The notes under the pieces are model-generated. The model worked only from the letters and a program-made list of their open reading frames with translations. It was not told the origin of the DNA and ran no database searches. 28,531 nt of DNA from an uncultured bacterium (lineage in GTDB: Bacteria; Hydrogenedentota; Hydrogenedentia; Hydrogenedentales; JAEUWI01): the NCBI GenBank assembly GCA_963977445.1, contig CAXBPH010000068.1, positions 1 through 28,531 of the forward strand. Direction: 5' to 3'. Each line of letters begins with the position of its first letter. The first letter of the stretch is position 1. A program made the translations under genes and the position numbers. This document shows, piece by piece, positions 17,599-27,210 of the stretch.

Positions 17599-18534
17599 GT
17601 GAGTGCGATTGTCACAAAGAACTTGAGCAAGATCTACCGAGAGCTCGGCAAGGCCTCTGTGAAATCGTTGGACGGTCTCGATCTCACCATCGAGAAGAAC
17701 GAGGTCTATGGCTTTCTTGGCCGTAATGGCGCGGGAAAGACCACCACGATTAAGCTCTTGTGTGGCCTGTTGAAGCCCACATCGGGCGAGGCCACGGTAT
17801 TCGGCGAAAGCGTGCGGACGCCCCAGGCCCGACGGCTCATCGGTTATCTTCCCGAACAGCCCTATTTCTATGAGTACCTGACGCCCAAGGAAACCATCGA
17901 TTTCTATGGTAAGCTCCAAAAGCTGAGTCCGGCAGAGCGGGCCCATCAATGGGACAAGCTTTCGGAGTTGCTGGACCTCCGCGATATCGCCAATCAGCGC
18001 CTCAAGGGCTTTTCCAAGGGCATGCGCCAGCGTATCGGTTTTGCCGTGGCCCTGGTGGGCAACCCGCCCCTGCTGATTCTCGATGAACCCATGAGTGGCC
18101 TCGACCCCATTGGCCGGCGCATGATTCGGGATCTCATCATGCGCTGCCGGGATGAAAAGAAAACGATATTCTTCAGCTCCCACGTCATGAGCGATGTGGA
18201 GCAGATCTGTGACCGCGTGAGTATCATGGTCAAGGGCAAACTGACCCACCGTGGTCGCATTGACCAGCTCCTGGCGCAGAAAACCAAGGCGGTGGAAGTC
18301 ATCGCCGTGGGCCTGAGCGAGGAACTTCGCACCGCCCTGGGTGGTATTGCCCAGAGCCATCGCCCCCTGGATGAACAGGATATTTTTAACTTTGCCGACG
18401 AAGGCGAGGCCAACGATGCCGTTCAGCGCATTCAGCAGGGGGGCGGGCGCATTGTTCAATTCTCGCCCATCCGGGAATCCCTGGAAGACTTTTTCCTGCG
18501 TCAACAGGAACCCACGGTGGAGGAGGTAGTCTAA
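17599..18534 (+). CDS. ABC transporter ATP-binding protein (PilH-like)
   Basis: Walker A GRNGAGKTT, signature FSKGMRQR, Walker B LILDEP, SSH; GTG start after GAGGAG. Confidence 0.92.
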   Translation: MSAIVTKNLSKIYRELGKASVKSLDGLDLTIEKNEVYGFLGRNGAGKTTTIKLLCGLLKPTSGEATVFGESVRTPQARRLIGYLPEQPYFYEYLTPKETIDFYGKLQKLSPAERAHQWDKLSELLDLRDIANQRLKGFSKGMRQRIGFAVALVGNPPLLILDEPMSGLDPIGRRMIRDLIMRCRDEKKTIFFSSHVMSDVEQICDRVSIMVKGKLTHRGRIDQLLAQKTKAVEVIAVGLSEELRTALGGIAQSHRPLDEQDIFNFADEGEANDAVQRIQQGGGRIVQFSPIRESLEDFFLRQQEPTVEEVV

Positions 18535-19295
18535 TGCGTATCCTGGCGATTGCTCAAAACACCTTTCGGGAATCGATCCGCGATAAGGTCCTCTATGTAT
18601 TGCTTTTTTTCGCGGCCGTAACCATATTCGGCTCAAAGGCCCTCGGCTGGATAAGCATCGGGCAAGACATCAAGATCGTCAAGGATATCGCCCTCAGTGC
18701 CACGTCGATCTTTGGCATTTTGATTGCCATTTTCGTCGGCACCAGCCTGATTTACAAAGAAATCGACAAGCGGACCCTCTACACCATTCTGGCCCAGCCC
18801 ATGCACCGTTATGAATTTATTCTGGGCAAATATCTCGGTCTGGTGGCACTCCTCGCGGTGGTCACAGTCACCATGGCGCTTGTGTCTTCCCTCTACATCT
18901 TGATGCTGGGCGGCACGCTCCAGGTCACCTTCTTTCTGGCCATCCTGTTGATCTATGGAAAGCTCCTGCTGATTACGGCCTTCGCTGTGCTCATGTCTTC
19001 CCTTACGTCGCCTATACTCGGCGCCATCATCGTTTTTTCCGTGGCGGTCTTTGGCCATGCCACCGAAGTCTTTCGCGACTTGCCCCCCCAATTTGAGGGC
19101 ACCTCGGCCAAGGCCATCCTGGAGGCGGTCTACTATGTGGTCCCTAATCTGAGCAACTTCGATCTGGCCCAGGAAGCGGCCAACGGCATCGAAGTCTCCG
19201 GGGCCTATGTCATCTGGGTCATGGCCTACGGCCTCCTCTACACGGTGATGCTGCTCATTCTCGCTGCCCTGGCCTTCCAAGAGAAGGACGTATAG
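18534..19295 (+). CDS. ABC-2 type permease (PilI-like)
   Basis: AIAQNTFRESIRDK, KEIDKRTLYTILAQPMHRYEFILGKYLG; about 6 TM segments; 1-bp overlap with the ATPase gene. Confidence 0.88.
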   Translation: MRILAIAQNTFRESIRDKVLYVLLFFAAVTIFGSKALGWISIGQDIKIVKDIALSATSIFGILIAIFVGTSLIYKEIDKRTLYTILAQPMHRYEFILGKYLGLVALLAVVTVTMALVSSLYILMLGGTLQVTFFLAILLIYGKLLLITAFAVLMSSLTSPILGAIIVFSVAVFGHATEVFRDLPPQFEGTSAKAILEAVYYVVPNLSNFDLAQEAANGIEVSGAYVIWVMAYGLLYTVMLLILAALAFQEKDV

Positions 19296-19297
19296 CC

Positions 19298-20317
19298 ATG
19301 AAGGCCCGCGCCATTGCCGCCCTGGTCGCTGTCGCCGTTTTTTTCGGTGCCGTGGGGGCCCAGCGTCAGATCCATCAGGCCCAGGAGGCCGATCGGGGTG
19401 AGGATATTCTATTCCTGCCCAACCAGAAACTGCTCAATCACTTTACGGGCGGTTTAAATAATATCGTGGCCGATCTGCTCTGGCTCCGCTGCATCCAATA
19501 CATCGGGACCGAGTCGAAGGGAGATCGCAATTTCACCTGGCTCAATGAGATGGTGAACGCCGTGGTCCAACTGGATCCCCATTTTGGCGATGCCTATCGC
19601 TATGGCGGTATGTTTCTCGCCGCCCTGAAGTCCGACGATGACTCGGGCATCAAATTGCTGGAGCGGGGCGTTGTGGCCAATCCCCGAAACTTCCAGTTGC
19701 CCTATGAACTGGCCATGATTTTCCTGCTGAACCGCAAAGATGAACCGGGCTCCAAGGAGCGCGCCACCTACTACCTCAGCATGGCCGCCTCCATCGATAC
19801 GTGCCCCGAATTCGTCCGCGATCTGGCCACGACCTTACAGGGTCAATACAACCTGGACGAAGTCGAGATCGGCATGTGGAATCGCATGGCCGACAGCGAA
19901 GACAAATTGTTGCGGGAGCTCGCCCAACGCAAACTGGTGGAAGTGGATATTCGAAACACCACGGAAACTCTCAACAAGGCCATGCTTACCTTCAACGGAC
20001 GGGTAGGCCATTTCCCCAACAACCTGGAAGAACTGGCGGCGTCCGGCATCACGCCGGTGCCTGTCAACGACGCCTTGGGTGGCTATTTCGTTCTCGGTGA
20101 TGACGGAGTAATTCGGAACACCACGCTCCTCGATGGCGAAAAAAAGAATTTGCTGAAAAGCCTGCAGAAGCTGGTGGAACGGTACAAAGAAGATAAGGGT
20201 GAGTGGCCCCCGTCGTTGCAGGCGCTGGTGGATGGGGGGATTACGGATCAGTTACCCGAGCACCCCTATCACGACGAGACGTGGCATTACGATCGGGCGA
20301 CGGGTCTGGTGAGTTGA
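19298..20317 (+). CDS. Membrane-anchored TPR-like accessory protein (PilG/XapA-like)
   Basis: N-terminal hydrophobic segment; ADLLWLRCIQY, LDPHFGDAY, LLERGVVANP; operonic with the ABC pair. Confidence 0.7.
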   Translation: MKARAIAALVAVAVFFGAVGAQRQIHQAQEADRGEDILFLPNQKLLNHFTGGLNNIVADLLWLRCIQYIGTESKGDRNFTWLNEMVNAVVQLDPHFGDAYRYGGMFLAALKSDDDSGIKLLERGVVANPRNFQLPYELAMIFLLNRKDEPGSKERATYYLSMAASIDTCPEFVRDLATTLQGQYNLDEVEIGMWNRMADSEDKLLRELAQRKLVEVDIRNTTETLNKAMLTFNGRVGHFPNNLEELAASGITPVPVNDALGGYFVLGDDGVIRNTTLLDGEKKNLLKSLQKLVERYKEDKGEWPPSLQALVDGGITDQLPEHPYHDETWHYDRATGLVS

Positions 20318-20513
20318 TGGTCTCCGGGGATCAGGGGGTAGTGCCTACTGGTTGCACAATCACGACGACGCATTCGTTCATTTATTGAGCAATAGCGCGC
20401 ATAATTCGCCGCCAGGGCCCTCCTTCTTGACGGTACGATGGCCAAGCCGTATAGTGCGGTAACCTTATGTAATCGGGTGCCGGTTGGGGAGGACGACATC
20501 GCTTCCATGTCCT

Positions 20514-20529
20514 TGGCACGCGATATGCA
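20514..20529 (+). promoter_or_regulatory. Putative sigma54 promoter for PEPCK
   Basis: TGGCACGCGATATGCA matches TGGCACG-N4-TTGCA with one mismatch, 75 bp before the start. Confidence 0.6.
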
Positions 20530-20604
20530 CATAAAGAGAGAGAGTAGCTGGGCTTCCGCCCCCCTTGTCGGCGCGCGGTCCGGCCTTATGAAAGCGAGGA
20601 ATAT

Positions 20605-22455
20605 ATGGAAACCCCGACCTACGTGAAGCACACGCGACTCATCAGCTGGGTCAAGGAAATAGCCGACCTCTGTAAGCCCGATTCGGTGAACTGGTGCGAT
20701 GGCTCCAAGGAGGAATACGACCGCCTCATGGGTGAGATGGTCGCTTCGGGCATGGCCACCAAACTGGCCGAGGACAAACGGCCCAACAGCTATCTGTTTC
20801 GCTCCGACCCCAAAGATGTAGCCCGCGTCGAAGACCGGACCTTTATCTGCAGCCGTCGCGAACAAGATGCCGGGCCCACGAACAACTGGATGAAGCCCGA
20901 GGACATGAAGAAGATGCTCAATGAGCTCTTCGATGGCTGCATGCGTGGTCGGCCCATGTATGTCATTCCCTTCTGCATGGGCCCCCTCGGTTCTGACATA
21001 TCCCACATCGGTATCGAGATCACCGATTCGCCCTACGTGGTGGTGAACATGCACATCATGACCCGTGCGGGCAAAGCCGTCATCGAACAATTGGGTGAAG
21101 AGGGCGAGTTCGTCCCCTGCGTCCATTCGGTGGGCCAACCCCTGGCCGACGGACAGAAAGACGTGCCCTGGCCCTGCAACAACGACGAAAAATACATTGT
21201 CCATTTCCCCGAAGAACGGGCCATCATGTCCTATGGCAGTGGATACGGCGGCAATGCCCTTCTGGGCAAGAAGTGTTTTGCCCTGCGCATCGCTTCCTGT
21301 ATGGCCCGGGATCAGGGATGGCTCGCCGAGCACATGCTGATTCTCGGTGTCACGACGCCTGCGGGGGAAAAAACCTACGTGGCCGCCGCCTTCCCGAGTG
21401 CCTGCGGCAAGACCAACTTCGCCATGCTCATACCCCCGAAGGGACTGGATGGCTACAAGATCACGACGGTGGGTGACGACATTGCCTGGATCAAACCGGG
21501 AGAAGATGGCAAACTCTACGCCATTAACCCGGAGGCCGGTTTCTTTGGCGTCGCGCCGGGAACGTCCTATGAGTCCAACCCGAACGCCATGGATTCCATC
21601 AGGTCGGACTCCATCTTCACCAATGTGGCCCTTACCCCCGATGGCGATGTGTGGTGGGAAGGCATGACGGAAACCCCACCCGCCGAGCTGACGGACTGGA
21701 ACGGCAATGCGTGGACCGCAGGCTGTGGCCGTCCCTCGTCCCATCCGAATTCGCGTTTTACCGCACCGTTGGCCAATTGCCCCTGTGCCGACCCGGCCTA
21801 TGAAGACCCCAAGGGCGTGCCGCTGGAAGCCTTTATTTTTGGCGGGCGACGGAGTTCTACCGTGCCCCTGGTCATGCAGGCCTACAACTGGAATTACGGT
21901 GTTTATCTTGCCGCCACCATGGGCTCTGAAACGACCGCAGCCGCCACGGGAGCGGTGGGCAACGTTCGGCGCGACCCCTTTGCCATGTTGCCCTTTATCG
22001 GCTATCACATGGGCGACTACTGGAGTCACTGGATGGACATCGGCCGCTCCATTTCCAATCCGCCCCGTATCTTTGGCGTTAACTGGTTCCGGAAAGACAA
22101 AGAGGGCCAGTATGTGTGGCCCGGATTCGGCGACAACATGCGTATCCTCAAGTGGATTGTCGACAAGGTGCATGGTCGCACCTATGCCGAAGAAAGCCCC
22201 CTGGGTTGGGTGCCCCGCTATGAAGACATTGATTGGACTGGACTGGACTTTTCAGAAGCCGAGTTTGACGAAATCATGTCGATAGACCGGGCCACCTGGG
22301 AAGCGGAAATCCTCTCCCACGAAGAACTCTTCATCAAGCTCTACGATCGCCTGCCCAAAGAGTTCATGATGCTCCGCCAGCTCACCCTGTCGCAGCTCTG
22401 GCGCGCTCCAGAACACTGGGAACCCACCCACGTCACCGCGCCCTACGTAAAGTAA
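20605..22455 (+). CDS. pckG: Phosphoenolpyruvate carboxykinase (GTP)
   Basis: [57 protein letters not shown]. Confidence 0.97.
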   Translation: METPTYVKHTRLISWVKEIADLCKPDSVNWCDGSKEEYDRLMGEMVASGMATKLAEDKRPNSYLFRSDPKDVARVEDRTFICSRREQDAGPTNNWMKPEDMKKMLNELFDGCMRGRPMYVIPFCMGPLGSDISHIGIEITDSPYVVVNMHIMTRAGKAVIEQLGEEGEFVPCVHSVGQPLADGQKDVPWPCNNDEKYIVHFPEERAIMSYGSGYGGNALLGKKCFALRIASCMARDQGWLAEHMLILGVTTPAGEKTYVAAAFPSACGKTNFAMLIPPKGLDGYKITTVGDDIAWIKPGEDGKLYAINPEAGFFGVAPGTSYESNPNAMDSIRSDSIFTNVALTPDGDVWWEGMTETPPAELTDWNGNAWTAGCGRPSSHPNSRFTAPLANCPCADPAYEDPKGVPLEAFIFGGRRSSTVPLVMQAYNWNYGVYLAATMGSETTAAATGAVGNVRRDPFAMLPFIGYHMGDYWSHWMDIGRSISNPPRIFGVNWFRKDKEGQYVWPGFGDNMRILKWIVDKVHGRTYAEESPLGWVPRYEDIDWTGLDFSEAEFDEIMSIDRATWEAEILSHEELFIKLYDRLPKEFMMLRQLTLSQLWRAPEHWEPTHVTAPYVK

Positions 22456-22468
22456 ATCAGGTACCCTT

Positions 22469-22504
22469 AAATCGTCCGGTGGACTTCCACCGGGCGATTT
22501 TTTT
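22469..22504 (+). terminator. Rho-independent terminator after pckG
   Basis: AAATCGTCCGGTGG-actt-CCACCGGGCGATTT followed by a T-run. Confidence 0.85.
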
Positions 22505-22946
22505 GTTGATGCGATGAGCAATTAGTAGGGATGATTTATTCGATATTTCAAGTGCAGGAGTTATAAGGATGGCTCGATGGGTTCTTGCGAATCATGTCGT
22601 CACGTAACTTTTTGCAGATAAAACGACAAACCATGGACGTGCCGCGCGATCTGGTACTCCAGTTCGTGCGAAGGGGCTGTGGGACGTCGTTGGGATCTAT
22701 GTAGTTGTGGGAAGTCTTCAAGAGGTCATTGGGAATAGAGCATTGTGCTTGTGCTTGGCCTTGATGTGGAGACGTAGTCATACCTCCTAATCCGCGCACG
22801 AATCCTCCTGCGGCGCATCTTCGACCGGAAATACCGGATCGCGCGGCACGATTGGTGGGTTCCGTTTGTTTTGGCGGAGTGAGTCTTTGTTGGTGCCCAT
22901 GAATTGCCCATGAATCTTTTTTTATAGGTGCGACAAGGTGGGGGCG

Positions 22947-24071
22947 TTATTTGTTCTTGTGCAGACTCCGGGCGGCATCCAGGGCTTCCAGCACAACCGC
23001 CTCAAGTTGGGCACCTACCGCTTCCGGCCGATGGTGTTGCTCCACGGTGCTCCGAGCGGCATGGCCAAGGCGCCCCCGAAGTTTGGCATCGGTCAGCAGG
23101 TCATAGAGGGCGGCCGCAAAGGAACGCACGTTGTCATCCTGGACCACCACGCCATCGACGCCGTCAGTGAGGGGATAAGCCGCGCTCTGGCAGGCGACAA
23201 TGGCCTTACCCGCCGCCATGGCGTTCAATAACTTGATGGGGTAGCCCGACCAGGATACCCGGGGCATGGCGAGGACAGAATCCTGCGCGAGAAGGCGGTG
23301 CAGCGAATCAAAGCCTCGAATCGACACGACTTCCGCATCGGGGAAATGGGCCTTTTCCGCAGTGGCTATCTGGAGTCGGGCATCGGGAAGGCGTTTCCGC
23401 ACCAGCTCCATGGCGGCGAAGAGGAGCCCGAGGTTCTGGTAGGCGTCCAGATTACCCGTATAAAGCACGGGTGGAATGGAATCGCCAACGACGCTGGGCT
23501 CAAAGTCACCGACACGAATGGGCGGCGGAATAATCACTACTTTCGTGTGGTCACAACCCCGCACGATAAGGTGGCCCGCCAGACGACGGTGGGGCACGAT
23601 GACCCGGTCGGCGCGGTGGGGAAAGGTCCGGTCGAGCCAGCGCCCCAGCGTGTGGGCCAGCTGCGAACCTCGGAAGTAATAGGGCAGCTCGTCAGACATG
23701 GCGTTGTGGGCATGGTAGATGAGGGGGCGTTTCCCCGCCAGCAAACCCACCAGCAAGGCCTCGTAGTTGTGGGCAATGACCACGTCGATACGTTCTCGGC
23801 GCACCACGTCACGGAGGGTCTTGGCGAGGGCCAAATCCTGCAGGGGCTTGAGCAGCGACGGCCCGGCCTTCGTTTTTCCTTCGCCGGGTATACGTCGGCA
23901 CCGATGAATCGTGAGACCGCTGTGGTCCCGCCCTTCGCCAAAGCCATAGACCACCAGGTGCACCTCGTGTCCCCGTGCTTTCAGCGCGAGGGCATTGTCC
24001 CGGAGAAAAATCTGAGAGCCCTGGGGCACCGGGAAGGGACAGGCACCAACGAGTGCAATACGTAACTTCAT
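22947..24071 (-). CDS. GT4 family glycosyltransferase
   Basis: RGHEVHLV, LYTGNLDAYQNL, PIKLLNAMAAGKAIV; GT-B pattern; ATGA overlap with the upstream gene. Confidence 0.88.
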   Translation of the reverse strand: MKLRIALVGACPFPVPQGSQIFLRDNALALKARGHEVHLVVYGFGEGRDHSGLTIHRCRRIPGEGKTKAGPSLLKPLQDLALAKTLRDVVRRERIDVVIAHNYEALLVGLLAGKRPLIYHAHNAMSDELPYYFRGSQLAHTLGRWLDRTFPHRADRVIVPHRRLAGHLIVRGCDHTKVVIIPPPIRVGDFEPSVVGDSIPPVLYTGNLDAYQNLGLLFAAMELVRKRLPDARLQIATAEKAHFPDAEVVSIRGFDSLHRLLAQDSVLAMPRVSWSGYPIKLLNAMAAGKAIVACQSAAYPLTDGVDGVVVQDDNVRSFAAALYDLLTDAKLRGRLGHAARSTVEQHHRPEAVGAQLEAVVLEALDAARSLHKNK

Positions 24072-25648
24072 TCGAAATACCCCAATGCACGCATTCGTGC
24101 TTCAACGACCGCTTCTTCTTCGGCCGTGTAGGATTGTGGCCCATTACCCGAGTCTAACGGGGCCACGTCGTGGGCCACACCGAGGAGGGGTTGTCCATCC
24201 ATGGACGGCCCGGAAACACCCAGCACGGCGAGGACCGTGGGCGCAATATCGGCCAGCGATGCCTCCGTGGCCCGGGTGGGTTCGGAAAGAAAAAGGATGC
24301 CCGGATCACGGTGGGTGCCATTCATGCCGCGCTCCTTGCCACCCAGCGCTTCATCCGGTCGAATACGTCGAAAGGCCGGTCCCCCCGGCGTGCTCCGAAG
24401 GGTGGAATGACTATATCCCCCTTCCAGTGCGAGTTCCAAGATGATATCGGGGGCGCGAAACACTTCCGGGCCATCAAAGATGTCGGCTCGGGGCCACGCA
24501 TGGGCCACCACCTCCCAGGACTCCAGCGCCGTGCAGAGGGTGGCAACGAAGTCGTCGTATGCCGCCGGGTCAATCTGCCCCAGGGGTTCCCGCCCAGCCA
24601 GGTTGAGTCGGATAGAGGGAAAGTAGTTCAACTCCTCCGACCAAGCCGTGGTTTTGGACCAATCAATGCGTCCGAATCGCGACTTCGATTCCGCCTGAGC
24701 GGCAAGCCCCGTAAAGCGGCGGAAGAGGGCACCCCGCCACGATTCTGGCGTCAGGGAAAGGGCGAAACGTTTCGCGAGACTCTCACGGCCTGCGGGGTTC
24801 CACTGCAAATAGCCCTGTTCGGCCAGCCAGTTGTTGAGATGGACCACCCCCGTGCCGGCACCGCCGAAACCATGATCCGACACAATGCCGACAACCGTGT
24901 CCTCGGGGGCGGCGGCCATCAGTTTCCCAATCGCCCCATCGAGTCGTTGATAGACCTGCAGGATGGCGTCATCAAAGCCCGGTTGGTGGCGGGGAGAGTG
25001 TTCATCGTGAAAAAGCCAGAAATGATGGGCCACCGTGTCGGACTCGCCATAGACCAGCATGAAGAAGTCCCAGTCCTCTTGCTGAAGCAGGGATTCTGCC
25101 ATGCGGGTCTTGCTGTCGATACCGGCGAGAAGTTTTTCGAGGGCCATTGCGTGCCACCCCGGGCCAATATGGTGCTCCTGAAAGTCGGCGAAGCGCCAGT
25201 CTTTCACGGCGGTGTAGTTTTCGGGGGGATACACAAAAGAGCGATCCACACCCGTGGTCACGGGCGAATCAAACCCGGACACCATCATGCCGTTGAGGGG
25301 TTCCGGCGGATAGGTGCCCGGCACGCCCAGTACGCAGGAACGCCGGCCCGCTGTATCGAGTATATTCCACAGGGCGGGTGCCTTGCGGTGACTCTGATTA
25401 ACGAAGCCAATGCCATAGGCTCCCGCCTTCATTTCGGTAAAGTCGAAGACGCCATGACGCCCGGGATTCACGCCTGTGACGCAGGTCGTCCACGCCGGGA
25501 AGGTTACGGGAGGACGGGTGCTCGCCAGGGGCATGAAGGTGCCCCGATCACGAAGGGCTGCCAGGTTGGGCAGGTGCCCCCCGTCCATCCAGGGCTGAAG
25601 CAACGAGGCTTCGCCACCATCCATGCCTATGAGTAAAAACCGCGCCAT
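24068..25648 (-). CDS. Alkaline-phosphatase superfamily / type I phosphodiesterase-like protein
   Basis: LLIGMDGG, PPVTFPAWTT, TGVNPGRHGVFDF, VSDHGFG, GTHRDPG, C-terminal RMRALGY. Confidence 0.85.
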   Translation of the reverse strand: MARFLLIGMDGGEASLLQPWMDGGHLPNLAALRDRGTFMPLASTRPPVTFPAWTTCVTGVNPGRHGVFDFTEMKAGAYGIGFVNQSHRKAPALWNILDTAGRRSCVLGVPGTYPPEPLNGMMVSGFDSPVTTGVDRSFVYPPENYTAVKDWRFADFQEHHIGPGWHAMALEKLLAGIDSKTRMAESLLQQEDWDFFMLVYGESDTVAHHFWLFHDEHSPRHQPGFDDAILQVYQRLDGAIGKLMAAAPEDTVVGIVSDHGFGGAGTGVVHLNNWLAEQGYLQWNPAGRESLAKRFALSLTPESWRGALFRRFTGLAAQAESKSRFGRIDWSKTTAWSEELNYFPSIRLNLAGREPLGQIDPAAYDDFVATLCTALESWEVVAHAWPRADIFDGPEVFRAPDIILELALEGGYSHSTLRSTPGGPAFRRIRPDEALGGKERGMNGTHRDPGILFLSEPTRATEASLADIAPTVLAVLGVSGPSMDGQPLLGVAHDVAPLDSGNGPQSYTAEEEAVVEARMRALGYFE

Positions 25649-25693
25649 GACGGGATCGTAGCAGATTCGAGGCAACGTGCTGTAGGTAAGGGA

Positions 25694-25720
25694 GCGGGCA
25701 CGTCTCAAAGACGTGCCCGC
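25694..25720. terminator. Perfect hairpin (terminator or REP-like) downstream of the sulfatase
   Basis: GCGGGCACGTCT-caa-AGACGTGCCCGC; no clear U-tract. Confidence 0.45.
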
Positions 25721-25746
25721 AGCAACCTGAATTCTTGTAGGGTCGA

Positions 25747-27114
25747 TTACTTCATGGTGTAGAGTTCGCCCACGGGGTAGTCGGGCGAAGGGGTCACCGC
25801 TGCCTTCATGTGGGCTTCGATTTGCTTCACGACGTCGGGGTGCGCCGCAGCCACATCTTGGGTTTCACCGAGATCCGTCTTGAGATCGTAGAGCGCAATT
25901 GGGGCATTCTGACCAACACGGATACCCTTCCAATCACCCATCCGAAGGGCCTGCTGATAGACCTTACGACAATGTCCGTAGTCCCAATAGAGATAGTCAT
26001 GGGATTCGGGCTGCTCCTGGCCCAACAGCGTAGGTAGCATGGAGATGCCGTCGATATCCTGGGGTGCCGGAAGCCCCGCGATTTCGGCGAAGGTGGGCAG
26101 GACGTCCCAGAAGGTCCAGACCTGATCACTCGTTGCCCCGGCGGACACCTTACCCGGCCACCGTGCGACTAGGGGCACACGAAGTCCCCCTTCGAGGAGA
26201 TCCCGCTTGTAGCCGTTAAAGGGACCATTACTGTTAAAGAAATCAGCGTCATGATCATGGGTATCACAGGGTCCGTTGTCACTTGTGAATATGATTAGGG
26301 TGTTGCTGTCGAGTCCCAGTTCTTTCACCAAGGCGGCGATGCGCCCCACATCGCGGTCCATTCGGGTGACCATGGCCGCATAGTTTTTTTCCGTCTGGGG
26401 CCAGTCCTTGTCGGTATAGGGCGCGTCACTGGGCACTATCTGAGATTCGGGGGTGTCCCGGGGATAGTCCGACCAGTGGGGAATCGTGTAGGGCAGGTAG
26501 AGGAAAAAAGGTTTCTCTTTCTTGGCTTCGATGAATTCGAGGGCGCGCTCGGTGAAGAGATCGTGTGTATACGTGCCCGTCTTCGCACCACGGTTTTTAG
26601 GCAGGAGCATGATTTCATCGTTGTCCCACAGGTAATCCGGGTAGTAGAAATGGGCCTGATCCTGATTGAGGTGCCCGAAGAAGGTGTCAAAGCCCTGGTA
26701 ATTGGCCACGCCCCAGGTGCCGGGATTGCCGAGACTCCATTTACCAATGGCCGCTGTGGCATAGCCCGCCTGCTTCAGCACTTCACCGACTGTCACATCA
26801 TCGGGGCGCAAGAATACGCCGTGGGGGATATTGTCGCGAAGTCGATTGTGTCCATTGTGCATACCCGTCATAAGGGAAGAGCGGCTTGGCGCACAAACAC
26901 TGGAACCGGCATAGACCTGGGTAAACCGCGTGCCCTCGGCGGCAAGTTGATCGATATGGGGCGTCAGAATTTTCTCCTGACCGAAACATCCCAAATCGGC
27001 ATAGCCCAAGTCATCGGCCATGATAAATATGATGTTGGGCCGCATGCCGGGGCCGTCTGCCCGCGCGGCATGAAGGGGAATCATAAGAAGCGTAAGAGCG
27101 ATGAGCAGGCGCAT
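25747..27114 (-). CDS. Arylsulfatase-family (S1, Cys-type) sulfatase, secreted
   Basis: Signal peptide; PNIIFIMADDLG, CAPSRSSLMTG, GKW, FTSDNG, EGGLRVP. Confidence 0.93.
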   Translation of the reverse strand: MRLLIALTLLMIPLHAARADGPGMRPNIIFIMADDLGYADLGCFGQEKILTPHIDQLAAEGTRFTQVYAGSSVCAPSRSSLMTGMHNGHNRLRDNIPHGVFLRPDDVTVGEVLKQAGYATAAIGKWSLGNPGTWGVANYQGFDTFFGHLNQDQAHFYYPDYLWDNDEIMLLPKNRGAKTGTYTHDLFTERALEFIEAKKEKPFFLYLPYTIPHWSDYPRDTPESQIVPSDAPYTDKDWPQTEKNYAAMVTRMDRDVGRIAALVKELGLDSNTLIIFTSDNGPCDTHDHDADFFNSNGPFNGYKRDLLEGGLRVPLVARWPGKVSAGATSDQVWTFWDVLPTFAEIAGLPAPQDIDGISMLPTLLGQEQPESHDYLYWDYGHCRKVYQQALRMGDWKGIRVGQNAPIALYDLKTDLGETQDVAAAHPDVVKQIEAHMKAAVTPSPDYPVGELYTMK

Positions 27115-27210
27115 GGATAATTTCCTTGAAGGTCGTGGTGCAGCATCATTACCTTAGGAAATTCATGGTGGAAAATCAACGTCGCGACAAGGATGCCCGC
27201 AGCGCGCTAC

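Noticed and set aside
20287..22173. 628-aa minus-strand ORF
   Set aside because: Antisense shadow of pckG. The same applies to 14171-15226, 17593-18636 and 24170-25636.
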